52,436 bases of DNA from Dehalococcoidia bacterium (GTDB lineage Bacteria > Chloroflexota > Dehalococcoidia > Lucifugimonadales > UBA3495). The position numbers and the translations under genes are program-made. The notes below the pieces were generated by a model. That model searched no databases, was not told the origin of the DNA, and was given only the letters and a program-made list of their open reading frames with translations. Shown in pieces: positions 24,539 through 34,882 of this stretch. The DNA is taken from NCBI GenBank assembly GCA_030740155.1, contig JASLXV010000009.1:1-52436 (forward strand). Reading direction: 5' to 3'. Every line of letters starts with the position of its first letter. Position 1 is the stretch's first letter.

Positions 24539-26413
24539 CTAATCGGCCGCCCAACCGATGCCCAACATTTGCAGCTTCTCTTCAGTTGGAACGCCCGTCT
24601 CCGGGTCCCAGTCCATCAAACCGTAGAAGGTGTGAACGGCCCTTTCCAACTCCTCCGGGTCGATGGCCGTATCCTTGAGGGCGCCCCGGGGCGTGGGAGA
24701 GAAGAACCGCTTGGGTAGGGTGTCGTCGGCCGAAGTGAACCCTTCGCGGACGTTGAAGACCCGGGCCATGGTCGCCACCCGTTCTCCTAGCTGCAACGCC
24801 TCCACCGCCGTGTAATCCCAGCCGGTCAGCGCCCGCAGCAGCTCCACTTGCTGGTTGATCGTCCACGGTACGAAGCGGCATATCGTCAGCGAGTCGCCGA
24901 ACAGCCGCCACATATGCTGGCTCTTCACCATGAAAGCCTTGGCCGCGCTGAGGTCGTTGGCCGGTAGAGGTTCCGGAACACCCAGTTGCCGCACGGAATC
25001 CATCTCGGGGCCCTCCCGGGTGTAGCCCGTGTCGTGAATGCCGGCGACATGGTCGGCGCCGAAGGCCGACACCGCATAGGCCAGTCCGAGACCCTGCTTC
25101 AACCGGGGCTCGTGCATCCCGAACTCGAGGCCCTTGACCTGCATGGCGTACTCTTCGGCGCCGCCGCCGATGCGCTGCGCGGCCTTGAGGCTCCCGTCGG
25201 CCAGAATGTCGCCGATGCCCTCCCGCTTGGCAATCAGGTCGATCACTTGAAGCATGGCCTCAACGTTGCCGAACCGGAGGTCAATCCCTCCGGTGTCTTT
25301 GGGGGTCAATATCTCTTTCTCGTAGCATTCCATGGCGAAGCCGATGGTGCAGCCGGTGGAGATCGTGTCCAGCGAGTACAGGCCGCACAGCTCGTTGGCG
25401 CGGCAGATGGCGTTCAGGTCGTCTATCCCCAGGTACGAGCCGAAGGCCGCCAGCGACTCGTACTCCGGGCCGCCGTTTCTTCGGTCGACCTTGTAGGTCT
25501 CGGTTTCCAGTTCCACCACCTTCTTGCAGCGGATCTGGCAGGCGGGGCACGCCTCCATGGCTACCCGGACCGTGTCCCTGAGGGTGTCCGCCGTGATCTT
25601 CTCCACCTCCTCGAATAGGCCGTCGCCCCAGTTGCGGACCGGCAGATTGCCGATGGAGTTGCCGCCCACCATGCTCGCGGCCGTCCCGGTGCCCAAGCTG
25701 TGATGGGACGCCGCCCCGACGTTCATGTAGTTCGTGTTCATCCACTGGGCCATTTCCCGGAGCTTCACGGCGTCGGCGGCCTGGGGCCCCTTCCGGCCCT
25801 TGACGGCCACGCACTTCAGATTCTTGGAGCCCATCACCGCACCCAGGCCGCCGCGCCCGGCGGCGTTGCGCAGGTCCGTCATGATGCAAGATATGGCGGC
25901 CATGTTTTCCCCGGCGGGGCCGATGGTCGCGGTACGGACCATCCGCTCGCCCAGCTCCGCCTCGATGGCATCCTGAGTTTCCAGTACGGTCATTCCCCAC
26001 AGGGAGGAGGCGTCTCTGATTTCCACCTCTCCATTGTTGAGCCACAGGTATACCGGGGATTCGGCCCGGCCCTCAACGATGAGGGAGTCGTACCCGGCGC
26101 GTTTCAGCTCGTAGCCGAAAAAGCCGCCAACCTCGCTTTTGGCCATGCCTCCGGTCAGGGGTGATTTCGCGCCGATGCAGTTGCGAGCGCCTCCCGGGAC
26201 GGCCGCGCCGGTCACCGGACCCAGGGCGAAGATGAGCAGGTTATCCGGCGATAGCGGGTCGATTCCGGGCTTCATCTCCTTCAGCAGGTAGTAGCCCACA
26301 AAGCCGGCCCCACCGAGGTATCTCCGGTAGAAAAGCTCGTCCGGTTCTTCGATGGAAACCTTCCGGTCGGTCAGGTTGACCCTCAGTATCTTGCCCGTGA
26401 TGCCCTGTACCAT
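24539..26413 (-). CDS. aor: Aldehyde:ferredoxin oxidoreductase family (W/Mo-pterin, 4Fe-4S)
   Basis: GKILRVNLT, YLGG.G, KSPLTG...S..GG, IGPAGEN, AGRGGLGAVMGSKNLK, CPACQIRC, GPEYE, LDTIS.G, VKGLE...H.PR and DSL.IC motifs. Start set to ATG26413 (RBS AAGGAG). Confidence 0.95.
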   Translation of the reverse strand: MVQGITGKILRVNLTDRKVSIEEPDELFYRRYLGGAGFVGYYLLKEMKPGIDPLSPDNLLIFALGPVTGAAVPGGARNCIGAKSPLTGGMAKSEVGGFFGYELKRAGYDSLIVEGRAESPVYLWLNNGEVEIRDASSLWGMTVLETQDAIEAELGERMVRTATIGPAGENMAAISCIMTDLRNAAGRGGLGAVMGSKNLKCVAVKGRKGPQAADAVKLREMAQWMNTNYMNVGAASHHSLGTGTAASMVGGNSIGNLPVRNWGDGLFEEVEKITADTLRDTVRVAMEACPACQIRCKKVVELETETYKVDRRNGGPEYESLAAFGSYLGIDDLNAICRANELCGLYSLDTISTGCTIGFAMECYEKEILTPKDTGGIDLRFGNVEAMLQVIDLIAKREGIGDILADGSLKAAQRIGGGAEEYAMQVKGLEFGMHEPRLKQGLGLAYAVSAFGADHVAGIHDTGYTREGPEMDSVRQLGVPEPLPANDLSAAKAFMVKSQHMWRLFGDSLTICRFVPWTINQQVELLRALTGWDYTAVEALQLGERVATMARVFNVREGFTSADDTLPKRFFSPTPRGALKDTAIDPEELERAVHTFYGLMDWDPETGVPTEEKLQMLGIGWAAD

Positions 26414-26904
26414 TGCGTGCTCTCCTTGCGACATCGTGTGGATAGACTTGCTCCCCGGTGCTTTGGCGGAGAAACCTAACCGGAATTCCCCATTTGAGTC
26501 GGCCTCGGGCCTCGAGTGATTCCCAAAAAGATGGCCTTAGTATAATCCAGCCTTTGGATGCCCGCCAACTTTTGCTATTACAGATGACAATCCACAACAG
26601 CCATGAACAACCCGTCTGCTCCCTTTCGATCCAGCCCAAGATCGCTCCGGAAGCAGCGGGAGCCGGGAGACGTTCTCTCGGGTGGGCGCCGCACTAATCT
26701 AAATGCGGTTCACATCCGTGTCAAACAGGGTAGCAAATAGGGCACACGGGCCCACTGACGATGTGCCCGGGCAGCGGTGGCGATCTGCCAGCTTGACCAC
26801 CGCTCACTTTTGCCTCAATCTTGTCCAAGGGATGGGGGCCACTTCAGAAATCCGGTCCGATCTCCGTCGCGCCGGGGTCTGCCGGCCGAGTTAGTGGGTG
26901 TAGC

Positions 26905-27477
26905 CTAGCCCCAGGCGCGGGGCTTGCAGATGATCTCCCTGACTTTCGTTTCGAAAAACGTGTGGATGTTCGTCGGTTGCACCACTATCGCCGTATCGGC
27001 TCCCCCACCCCCGCCGCCAACGGCGATGACATCTTTGTCGGTTCTCACCAACCCGGCGTCGACCGCCATGGCCGAAATCTCGATTGCTACCTTCAGACCG
27101 GCTCCGAAAACCCGGAGTGTTTCGGCGACAACCTCATCCACCTGATAGGTGTTGAATCGTTTCCTGATACCTCGTCCGAAACCACCGAACGCATGGGCCG
27201 CCGTAACCACCTTCGCGCCAAGCTGAATGATGCTTTCCCTGACATGATCAGTCATTTCCTGGACGTCGGGGTCTTTGAAGCCGGTAACATGCCTCACTAT
27301 GATCACGTTCTTCCCTTGGAGATACTTGGCAGCCTTCAGGCCTACCACGCCTCTGCTTGTGGCAATGACGAAGGTGTCGATGCCAAGCTGATCCCCACGT
27401 ATCTTCGCTTTCTCCAGGGTCCTATCCGTGTTCGAGGAACCGCCAACGTCCGAGTACTCCACCAAGACTTCACTCAC
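26905..27477 (-). CDS. Pyruvate-kinase C-terminal-like domain protein (DUF1867/MTH1675-like)
   Basis: G..NT..TL, VIATS.G, V.HVTGF..P..QE, H.F.G..R, A..LR.FG.G.KVA.EI..MA.DAG and GG.G.GADTA motifs. GTG27477 start with RBS GGAGG. Confidence 0.85.
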   Translation of the reverse strand: MSEVLVEYSDVGGSSNTDRTLEKAKIRGDQLGIDTFVIATSRGVVGLKAAKYLQGKNVIIVRHVTGFKDPDVQEMTDHVRESIIQLGAKVVTAAHAFGGFGRGIRKRFNTYQVDEVVAETLRVFGAGLKVAIEISAMAVDAGLVRTDKDVIAVGGGGGGADTAIVVQPTNIHTFFETKVREIICKPRAWG

Positions 27478-28004
27478 TGCAATCCTCCGCTGAACGAATC
27501 GAAATTCGGGCTCGAAGCTCGGTCTTGCCCGATCCCTTGCAAATGCCAACCCCACAAGACCCACATTCCAGTTGGACGTGTCCGAGGTGGACCCGGAATA
27601 CCGTGCAGGATTTGGGCGACACTAGGCCAAAATCCTGCTTTGCCGCTACAGTGTACCATTGCTCTCGGGAGCGACCATTCCCTTGCGGCGGGCCGTCTCA
27701 GTGATTCCGCCGATTCCAAGTAGAACGCCGCTGCCGGTTTCCGGTAGTCCAGGGTCTGGTGGGGCGGCTGGGCATTGTGGAACTGAAAGTGGGTGTGGAG
27801 GCCGGCCTTCGCCTTTCCTCCGGCAGAGCGGGCTTTCAGCAGACCGGCAAGCAGGTTTGTGGCCGCCGGCGAGTCACACTTGGCCGGCTCTATTGTTTCA
27901 TAGGGCGACGCCGAGCAGATTGGTGCTGCCCCGCTGGGCGCCAGGAAGGGGATGAGTTTGGGGTCACGGGAGCCAGGGTGCTGAGGAGTTGACCGAGGGG
28001 CCTC

Positions 28005-28826
28005 CTACTCTTTCAGGAACCCTACGATGTTGTCGCAGACCTCCTGGAACCGTTCCATCATCACCAGATGCCCGGCTCCTTTGAAGACCACCAGCCGCCC
28101 GTTGGGGACCCCCTGGGCGATGCCGCGGCCACCAATCCCTCGGGGGCCCGTGTCTACGGGTGAGAAGGTGGAGTACTCCCCGTTGATCACCAGGGTCGGG
28201 GCGGTAATGCGAGGCAGGTCCGGCCCAAGGTCCGCATTCTCACTGGCTTCAATGGTTGCGATATAAGAGTCGGGGGATATCTCGCCGAAGATGGACCGCA
28301 TCTGTTCGAGCAAAGGACCGGCCTCCGGGCTATCCAGAAAGTCCCGCGTCAGCACGGCTTGGGCCGTCAACTCCGCAACCGCCTCCATGCCCACGTTCCC
28401 AGCGAGGGCTTTGGCCACCTTCCGGTTGAGGCGCATCGCCGTATCGTACCGGGCCACTACCCCTACCAGAACCATTTTCATCACCCGGTCCGGGTGCTGA
28501 GCAGCGAATTGCAGGCAGGCATGGCCACCGGTGGACGTGCCGTGCAGGTGGGCCCGGGGAATCTCCAGCGTGTCCATCAGGTCCCGAAGGTCGTTGGTCC
28601 AATCTTGTAACGTATATCCCGGTGGCGTTGGAGTGCTCTTACCCGTGCCCACCGGGTCGAAGTCCACCACTCGGAAGTGGCGGGCCAGCACCGGAGAGAC
28701 CCGGGAGAAGTTCCGCAGCCCCAGGGCGCCACCGGGAATCTGCACCAATGGCTCGCCTTGGCCGTTGATCTCGTACCAGACTCGCTTCTGAGGTCCCAAC
28801 TCCGCGAACGGCATCTTCACCCCCAT
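28005..28826 (-). CDS. Alpha/beta hydrolase
   Basis: WYE..GQGEPLV, D..G.G.S, nucleophile elbow GTSTGG and C-terminal GAGH...E. The usual acid position reads GEYS rather than GE.D. Confidence 0.9.
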   Translation of the reverse strand: MGVKMPFAELGPQKRVWYEINGQGEPLVQIPGGALGLRNFSRVSPVLARHFRVVDFDPVGTGKSTPTPPGYTLQDWTNDLRDLMDTLEIPRAHLHGTSTGGHACLQFAAQHPDRVMKMVLVGVVARYDTAMRLNRKVAKALAGNVGMEAVAELTAQAVLTRDFLDSPEAGPLLEQMRSIFGEISPDSYIATIEASENADLGPDLPRITAPTLVINGEYSTFSPVDTGPRGIGGRGIAQGVPNGRLVVFKGAGHLVMMERFQEVCDNIVGFLKE

Positions 28827-29092
28827 GGAAGACTCACTGGGTTACCCTAATCCTATCCGATCAGGGCAGTCTGGGTACCCCTCCCGTGCCCGGCAACCGA
28901 AACGTGCGTGGTATGAGGCCACCTTACGGTGCGGTGGACCCCATCGGTTGGACAGGATTGGGGCGAAATTGAGCGAGAGTCCTGCTGCTCCTGATTGGGC
29001 TACCGATGACCTGCCCGGCGACCATCCCCCTCTCTGTCGTTTGTTCAGGTGATGGGTTCCAGGTGCAGCGGAACATTTCGGCCGGTATCCAG

Positions 29093-29254
29093 CTAGTCTA
29101 GTCTCTCGTAGATAGCTTGGTACTCGCCCCGTCATCCCGGCGAAGGCCGGGAGCCAGGAAAAGCCTCTCTGGATTCCCCTTCCACGGAAGGGCCGGAAAG
29201 ACGATGCGGAGGCATTCTGCCCGACGTAAACCTATTTGCGAGCCAGTACACTAG
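29093..29254. repeat. CTAG-ended MITE-like element with internal REP (copy 2)
   Basis: Ends CTAGTCTAGTCTCTCGTAGATAG and CTATTTGCGAGCCAGTACACTAG form an imperfect IR; homologous to 14134-14303. The right CTAG contains the stop codon of the adjacent CoA-transferase. Confidence 0.75.
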
Positions 29255-30456
29255 ATTACGCCCTCGGTCCTGAGCTGTTCGACCTGCGCTGAGTCGTAGT
29301 CCAGGAACTGGGCCAGTATCTCCTCGGTATGCTGGCCCAGGGTGGGGGCCGCGGTTATCTCGACGGGCGAGTCTTCCCATTGTATTGGGCAGCCGATCAT
29401 GTCCATGGGGCCCCAGTTGTGCTGGTCCACGGTGGTTATCATGCCTCGCGCCCGCAGGTGAGGGTCCGCCATCACCTCGAGGCTGTCCAAGGTGGCGCCG
29501 CAGGGGGTCCCGTTCGCGCACATCCGGTGCATGACCTCAATCTTGTCATGCTGTAGCGTCCACCCGGTAATCAACGCCACGACCTCATCCCGATGTTCCA
29601 ACCTGTACGCCGGGTCGGCGAGATTCTCGTCGCTCAGGAGGTCTTCCCTGCCGATGGTCTTCAGAAGGCCTTCCCACATGGATGGAGAACTCCGAGAGAG
29701 GTTGATGTACACGTGGTCGTTGGGGCCGTCTCCTTTGCAGGGATAGGTGCCCCCCAGGGAGTTGCCCACGCTGATGTTGCCCGGGCGTACTCCGGCCTGG
29801 CCCGTGACATACTGTCCGGTGAACTTGACCCTCAGAAGGTTCAGCACGGCCTCTTGCATGGCGACCTCGACCTTCTGGCCCTTGCCGGTATTCCCCCTCT
29901 GCTGGAGGGCAGCCAAGATTCCGATGAGCATGTGCATACCGGTCCCGGTATCCCCCACGTTGGGCGCCGAGATCGTGGGCGGGTTCTCGGGAAAGCCGGT
30001 CATGCTCATGGCGCCGCTGGTGGCCTGGGCGATCGTCTCAAAGCATTTATAGTCGCTGTAAGGGCCCCAGGTGCCGAAACCCTTGATTGTGGCGAAGATG
30101 AGCCGGGAGTTCAACTCCTTAAGAATGTCCCAACCCAGGCCGAACCGCTCCATCACGCCCGGGCCGTAGTTCTCCACCACGATGTCCGAATGCTTGATAA
30201 TCTCCTTGCAGATATCCTGGCCCTTCTTGCTTCTCATGTTCAGGGTTAGGCTGCGCTTGTTGCCATTGAGGAGCAGGAAGAAGGGGCTGGAGGCCTCGGC
30301 AGATCCGCCCACATTGGCGCGGACCTCATCACCGCCTTGCGGGCGCTCGATCTTGACCACATCCGCCCCCAGCCAGGCCAGCATTTGAGTGCAGGACGGC
30401 CCGGCCTGGTTGTGGGTGAAGTCAACTACTCGGAGCCCTTCCAATGCCTTGCCCAT
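29251..30456 (-). CDS. Family III CoA-transferase, formyl-CoA transferase (Frc)-like
   Basis: ALEG.RV.DFTH.QAGP.CTQ.LAWLGADV.KIE, N.NKRS.TLN, ENYGPG, IKGFG and GDTGTGMH (catalytic Asp). Start set to ATG30456. Confidence 0.93.
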   Translation of the reverse strand: MGKALEGLRVVDFTHNQAGPSCTQMLAWLGADVVKIERPQGGDEVRANVGGSAEASSPFFLLLNGNKRSLTLNMRSKKGQDICKEIIKHSDIVVENYGPGVMERFGLGWDILKELNSRLIFATIKGFGTWGPYSDYKCFETIAQATSGAMSMTGFPENPPTISAPNVGDTGTGMHMLIGILAALQQRGNTGKGQKVEVAMQEAVLNLLRVKFTGQYVTGQAGVRPGNISVGNSLGGTYPCKGDGPNDHVYINLSRSSPSMWEGLLKTIGREDLLSDENLADPAYRLEHRDEVVALITGWTLQHDKIEVMHRMCANGTPCGATLDSLEVMADPHLRARGMITTVDQHNWGPMDMIGCPIQWEDSPVEITAAPTLGQHTEEILAQFLDYDSAQVEQLRTEGVI

Positions 30457-30691
30457 AATAAAAGCCCTCCTACCAAATCTCGGCGATGGACACTTTTCGA
30501 CCGGGTGCAATTATAGCACCAGGGGCTGGACCGCGCTGAGATGGCCCCATTGCGCGTCCCGGAGTGGGGCGAAACCGAGCAAGAGTCTCGATGCTCCCAG
30601 GTGACCTGCCCTGATCTGCCTGGCGACCGCCCCGGCCGGTTGGTCACGGTTGATCCTTCGATGGGGCCCACTCTCGCGGTTCGGATTTCAG

Positions 30692-30720
30692 TTGACGCGC
30701 TCTGAGTACCGTTCTATAGT
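30692..30720 (+). promoter_or_regulatory. Sigma70-type promoter for the crotonase gene
   Basis: TTGACG-17 bp-TATAGT, about 95 bp upstream of the ATG. Confidence 0.6.
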
Positions 30721-30814
30721 TCACGGCATCCCCGCTGTCGTACGTTCGGGGAGATCAATTTGATCTGGGAATACCGGCTGAACTGGCCGCGCGGTAAGAA
30801 AAGGGGTGAAAAGG

Positions 30815-31627
30815 ATGGAATACTCACAGATACTGTACGAGACCGTCGGGCGAGTGGCCCGAGTTACGCTGAACCGGCCTGAATACCGCAACCCCATCGG
30901 CCGCATCGCCATCGAGGAGATGGACGAGGCGTTCTCTCGGGCCGTCGCCGACGATGAGGTCGGAGCGATCGTGCTGCGGGCGGAAGGGCCTCACTTCTCG
31001 GCGGGTCACGACCTGGGCACTCCCGTGAAGCTGGCCGACGACGCGGCGCGGCCCTATCCTGACGGCCCCAGCGGCGCCTTCAAGCGAAGCTGGGAGCTAT
31101 ACATCGATGCTGGGCTGCGCTGGCGAAACCTGCCGAAGCCGACCATCTGCGCGGTGCAAGGCAAGTGCATCTGGGGCGGCTGGATGGTCATCACCACTAT
31201 GGACATCATCTTCGCGGCCGAGGACGCGGAATTCCTGGCCTCGACCGGACAATATTTCTCTCTCCCCTGGGACCTTGGCATCCGCAAGGCCAAGGAGATA
31301 CTGTTCGAGCCTCGCTTCATCGGCGCCCATGAAGCCCAAGCCCTGGGTTTTGTGAACCGGGTTCTCCCGGGTGAGCAGTTGGACAGCGAAGTCATGGCCT
31401 ACGCGGAGCGGGTGGCGGAGAACGATCCGTTTTTTCTGCGGCTGGCGAAACTCAACATCAACCAGGCGCAGGACATACAAGGCTACACGAGCCACATCAT
31501 CTCGGCGCACAACAATAGAGCCAAGGAAAGCACAAGCTCTCAAGGTTCGCAACTGCCATCCGGCGAACGGCGCGTCGCCCCCATCGACCGAGCCCTCCGG
31601 AACAGAAAGCTCACACGCGGCATCTAG
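30815..31627 (+). CDS. Crotonase-family protein (non-canonical)
   Basis: VTLNRPE.RN, FSAGHDL, PKPTI.AVQG.C..GG and R.AKE.LF....I.A.EA..LG.VNRV motifs; lacks the two catalytic Glu residues. Confidence 0.9.
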   Translation: MEYSQILYETVGRVARVTLNRPEYRNPIGRIAIEEMDEAFSRAVADDEVGAIVLRAEGPHFSAGHDLGTPVKLADDAARPYPDGPSGAFKRSWELYIDAGLRWRNLPKPTICAVQGKCIWGGWMVITTMDIIFAAEDAEFLASTGQYFSLPWDLGIRKAKEILFEPRFIGAHEAQALGFVNRVLPGEQLDSEVMAYAERVAENDPFFLRLAKLNINQAQDIQGYTSHIISAHNNRAKESTSSQGSQLPSGERRVAPIDRALRNRKLTRGI

Positions 31628-31682
31628 GGTAATGAGGCCAGGCAAACCCTCGCGGGCTAATCACGCCTGGGTCTTGGCCCGA

Positions 31683-33242
31683 TCAGGAATTGACGCCGAT
31701 GATCTTGTCCCAATCGGTCGAATGCTGGTAGGCGTAGGCAGCCCTCATGAGGAGCGGGTCGTCGAAGAAGCGCCCGACGAGCTGCATGCTGACTGGGAGA
31801 CCAGCAGACGACTTGCCCACGGGCAGGGCGAGCGCTGGGTGACCGGTGTAGTTGAAAGGTTGGGTGTTGCGGTTGGCGCCCGCGTTTATCGCCGCGAAAT
31901 TCGCCTCGACGGCCTCGAGATAGCTACCCGGTGTCTGGTTCCTGGGCGCTGTCATGACGCAGGTGGGCATCACGAGCACGTCAACGTTGGCGAGTGCGGC
32001 GTCGTAGGCTTTGATGTAGGTGGGACGCACGTTCTGGGCCTTGGCGTACACCCTGCCGTGGTAATTGCGACGGCTTAGCTCGGCGGCGATGAGCGACAGT
32101 TTGCTGCGCGGCGCGAGCACGTCGGCCTGGGAGGCCCACATCTTGTTAATGGAGGCGATCAGGGAGGCCGGGTAGTAGGTCCTGGTGAATGCGCCGTAGA
32201 ACCCAGTTTTGAACACGGCGAGGGCGCCTTCGCCGTTAAGCGCGGCGAGGGCCGCGCGGGTGGCGTGGTGCTCCGGGATGGACACCTTGGAAACACCGGC
32301 GCCTGCTTCGGCGAGAACGTCGACCGCCGCCATCACCAGGTCGCGCACCTCGGCCTCGGCATCGGCGAAGCCCTCCTCTAGCACACCGATGCGCAGCCCG
32401 GAAACACCGTCGGCCAGCCGGCTAAGCAGGTCAATGGTGCTGGGGACATCTCGCGTCGCGCGGGGATCGTAAGGGTCGTAACCAGCGGTGGCCTGGAGCG
32501 TAGCCGCGGCATCCTCAACGGTGCGGGTCATCGGACCCGTGTAGTCGATGCTCTGGTCGGAACCGAACCCGATCCCGAAGTGGGACAACAAACCGAACGT
32601 GGGCTTGTGCCCGACGGTGCCGGAGAAAGCCGAAGGGATACGAATGGAGCCGCCCTGGTCGCCGCCGAAGGAGATGTCCACCTGGCCGGAGGCCACGGCT
32701 GCGGCGGAGCCCGAGGACGATCCGCCGGTCACGTGATCGTGGTTGTGGGGGTTGAGGGGCCGGCCGTAGTCACCGAAGCCGCCGCCGGTGCCGAAGCCGC
32801 CGCTCAGTCCGTTCATGACGTTCTTGCCGATGACGGTGCCCCCCTCCCTCAGCACCCTGGTGACGACGGTTGCGTCGAAGTCGGGAATGAAGCCGTCGAG
32901 GGCGAAGCAACCGAAGCTCATCGGGATACCGGCCACGGCGATGTGGTCCTTGAAGCTGACCGTCTTGCCGGCGAGCAGACCTTCGGCTGCTCCATCAATC
33001 CGGCACTTCCACATCCAAGCGTTGAGCGGGTCTTCCTCTCGGCTTGGCCGGTATCCGGGCTCGCGGGCGGCCGAGACCATCGGAGGCTTGGGCTCCTCCA
33101 CTCGGGCTTGCACGAAGTCGTCCAGCCGTCCCATCACATCCATCAGGTGTTTCCGGTACAGGACGGCCTCATCGGGACCCAAATTGATCCCCAGTTCTTT
33201 GGCAACGGCCACTACTTCATCGACGTCGGGTACTGCGTACAT
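31683..33242 (-). CDS. Amidase-signature family amidase
   Basis: Lys/Ser/Ser triad motifs SFKDHI, GGSSSGS and GDQGGSIRIPS; GPMTRTVED. Start set to ATG33242 (RBS GAGGAG). Confidence 0.93.
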   Translation of the reverse strand: MYAVPDVDEVVAVAKELGINLGPDEAVLYRKHLMDVMGRLDDFVQARVEEPKPPMVSAAREPGYRPSREEDPLNAWMWKCRIDGAAEGLLAGKTVSFKDHIAVAGIPMSFGCFALDGFIPDFDATVVTRVLREGGTVIGKNVMNGLSGGFGTGGGFGDYGRPLNPHNHDHVTGGSSSGSAAAVASGQVDISFGGDQGGSIRIPSAFSGTVGHKPTFGLLSHFGIGFGSDQSIDYTGPMTRTVEDAAATLQATAGYDPYDPRATRDVPSTIDLLSRLADGVSGLRIGVLEEGFADAEAEVRDLVMAAVDVLAEAGAGVSKVSIPEHHATRAALAALNGEGALAVFKTGFYGAFTRTYYPASLIASINKMWASQADVLAPRSKLSLIAAELSRRNYHGRVYAKAQNVRPTYIKAYDAALANVDVLVMPTCVMTAPRNQTPGSYLEAVEANFAAINAGANRNTQPFNYTGHPALALPVGKSSAGLPVSMQLVGRFFDDPLLMRAAYAYQHSTDWDKIIGVNS

Positions 33243-33637
33243 GAGGCTCCTCGTCCGTAAAGGTTGGTTACCGGGGTTCGGCAGCAGTTGAGCCGGGATT
33301 TCCTGTTTCCACCGGCGCCGGCCCGATACGATGGAACGAGAGGAGAGTACTCCCGCCCCTGGAAACCTGTCAACAATCATCTCTCTGAGCTTCGGATATC
33401 CGTCTCCTTGGCGGTTTTGGGACGATCATCTACCAGCGAGCGCTTGACCTGGCCAGGGTCCTGGGGGTTTGGAACTCAAGTGGCCCGCCAGACCTCACGG
33501 CCGGCAAGAAGGTACATCATTGCTCCTCACTTGTGGCTGTGGTATCGTTTCGGCATCCGCACCGAGGACCGGCGATCGAGCTGGATGTGGCGGACTGATT
33601 GAATTTCGAACTCTCTCAGAGGAGTTGGGGAGGCTTT

Positions 33638-34825
33638 ATGCAAGATGCCGTCATCGTCAGCGGCGCCCGCACGCCCATAGGCCGCTTCGGAGGAGCCTTC
33701 AAGGACGTTTCGGCGTCGGAGCTGGGATCCATGGTCATCCGAGCCGCGCTGGACCAGGCCAACCTACGTCCGGACCAGGTCGACGAGGTTTTGCTCGGCA
33801 ACGCCCTCCAGACTGCCGAGGCCGGCTACGCCGCCAGGCTAGCCTCCCTGGTCAGTGGCATCCCCGCCGAGGTTCCCACCATCGCTATCAACCGGCAGTG
33901 CTCCTCCGGTCTGGAAGCGATCAACCTGGCTGCCCAACTGATCAAGACCGGGGAGGTGGAAATCGCCGTCGCCGGAGGCATCGAGAACATGAGCCAGTCT
34001 CCCTTTCTGATCGACTACAAGGCCCGTTTCGATGGTCTGCGGCTGGGAGACGGGGCCCTCATCGATAGCCTGGTTAAAGGCTTGGGATGCCCGGTAAACC
34101 TCTACCACATGGGTGTAACCGCCGAGAACGTGGCCGAGCGTTTTGGCGTGAGCCGCGAGGAACAAGACGAATTGGCCGAAGTCAGCCACCAGCGGGCGGT
34201 GGCCGCCATAAAAGATGGGCGGTTCGATCACCAGATCTTCCCGGTGGCAGTACCCCAGCGCCGGGCCGACCCTATAGTGGTGTCCCGGGACGAGGGTCCT
34301 CGGGAAGATACCACCCTGGAACGGCTGGCCCAACTCTCTCCCGTATTCAAGAAGGACGGGACCGTCACCGCCGGCAACGCTTCCACCATTAACGACGGCG
34401 CCGCCGCGGTCGTGGTGATGTCCGCTAAGAAAGCCGCCGAACTCGGCATCAAACCCAGGATGCGTTGGCACACCCGCGGCATCGCCGGGGTGGAGCCCGC
34501 CATCATGGGCACCGGTCCCGTCCCCGCGGTGCGCAAGGTCCTGAAGAAGGCTGGCATGACTCTGGACGACATCGGCCTCATCGAACTCAACGAGGCCTTC
34601 GCCTCCCAGGCTCTCTATTGCATGCGAGAGCTAGACATGAATTTGGAGAAGACCAACGTCAACGGTAGCGGCATCAGCCTGGGCCATCCGGTCGGCGCCA
34701 CCGGCGCAATCTTGACCGTCAAGCTGATGGAAGAGATGGAGTTGCGCGGCGAAGAGTTGGGCCTGGTGACCATGTGTGTGGGCGGCGGCCAAGGCGTGGC
34801 TACCATCTTCCAGCGAACCGGGTAG
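33638..34825 (+). CDS. Acetyl-CoA C-acyltransferase (thiolase)
   Basis: RTPIG.FGG, INRQCSSG, TAGNAS.INDGA, NEAFA, GHPVGATG and MCVGGG motifs; ATG33638 with RBS GGAGG. Confidence 0.95.
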   Translation: MQDAVIVSGARTPIGRFGGAFKDVSASELGSMVIRAALDQANLRPDQVDEVLLGNALQTAEAGYAARLASLVSGIPAEVPTIAINRQCSSGLEAINLAAQLIKTGEVEIAVAGGIENMSQSPFLIDYKARFDGLRLGDGALIDSLVKGLGCPVNLYHMGVTAENVAERFGVSREEQDELAEVSHQRAVAAIKDGRFDHQIFPVAVPQRRADPIVVSRDEGPREDTTLERLAQLSPVFKKDGTVTAGNASTINDGAAAVVVMSAKKAAELGIKPRMRWHTRGIAGVEPAIMGTGPVPAVRKVLKKAGMTLDDIGLIELNEAFASQALYCMRELDMNLEKTNVNGSGISLGHPVGATGAILTVKLMEEMELRGEELGLVTMCVGGGQGVATIFQRTG

Positions 34826-34882
34826 GTTCAGCGCCGGCACCCACAACGGATCTGACCGGCGAGGAATTAGACCCATCCTCCA

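Noticed and set aside
26414..26900. Moco/Wco riboswitch upstream of aor
   Set aside because: I could not identify the conserved motif by eye; an Rfam/Infernal scan would be decisive.
31683..33242. Amidase as an allophanate hydrolase partnering PxpBC
   Set aside because: It lies 18 kb away and resembles general aliphatic/aromatic amidases; nothing links it to the pxp locus.
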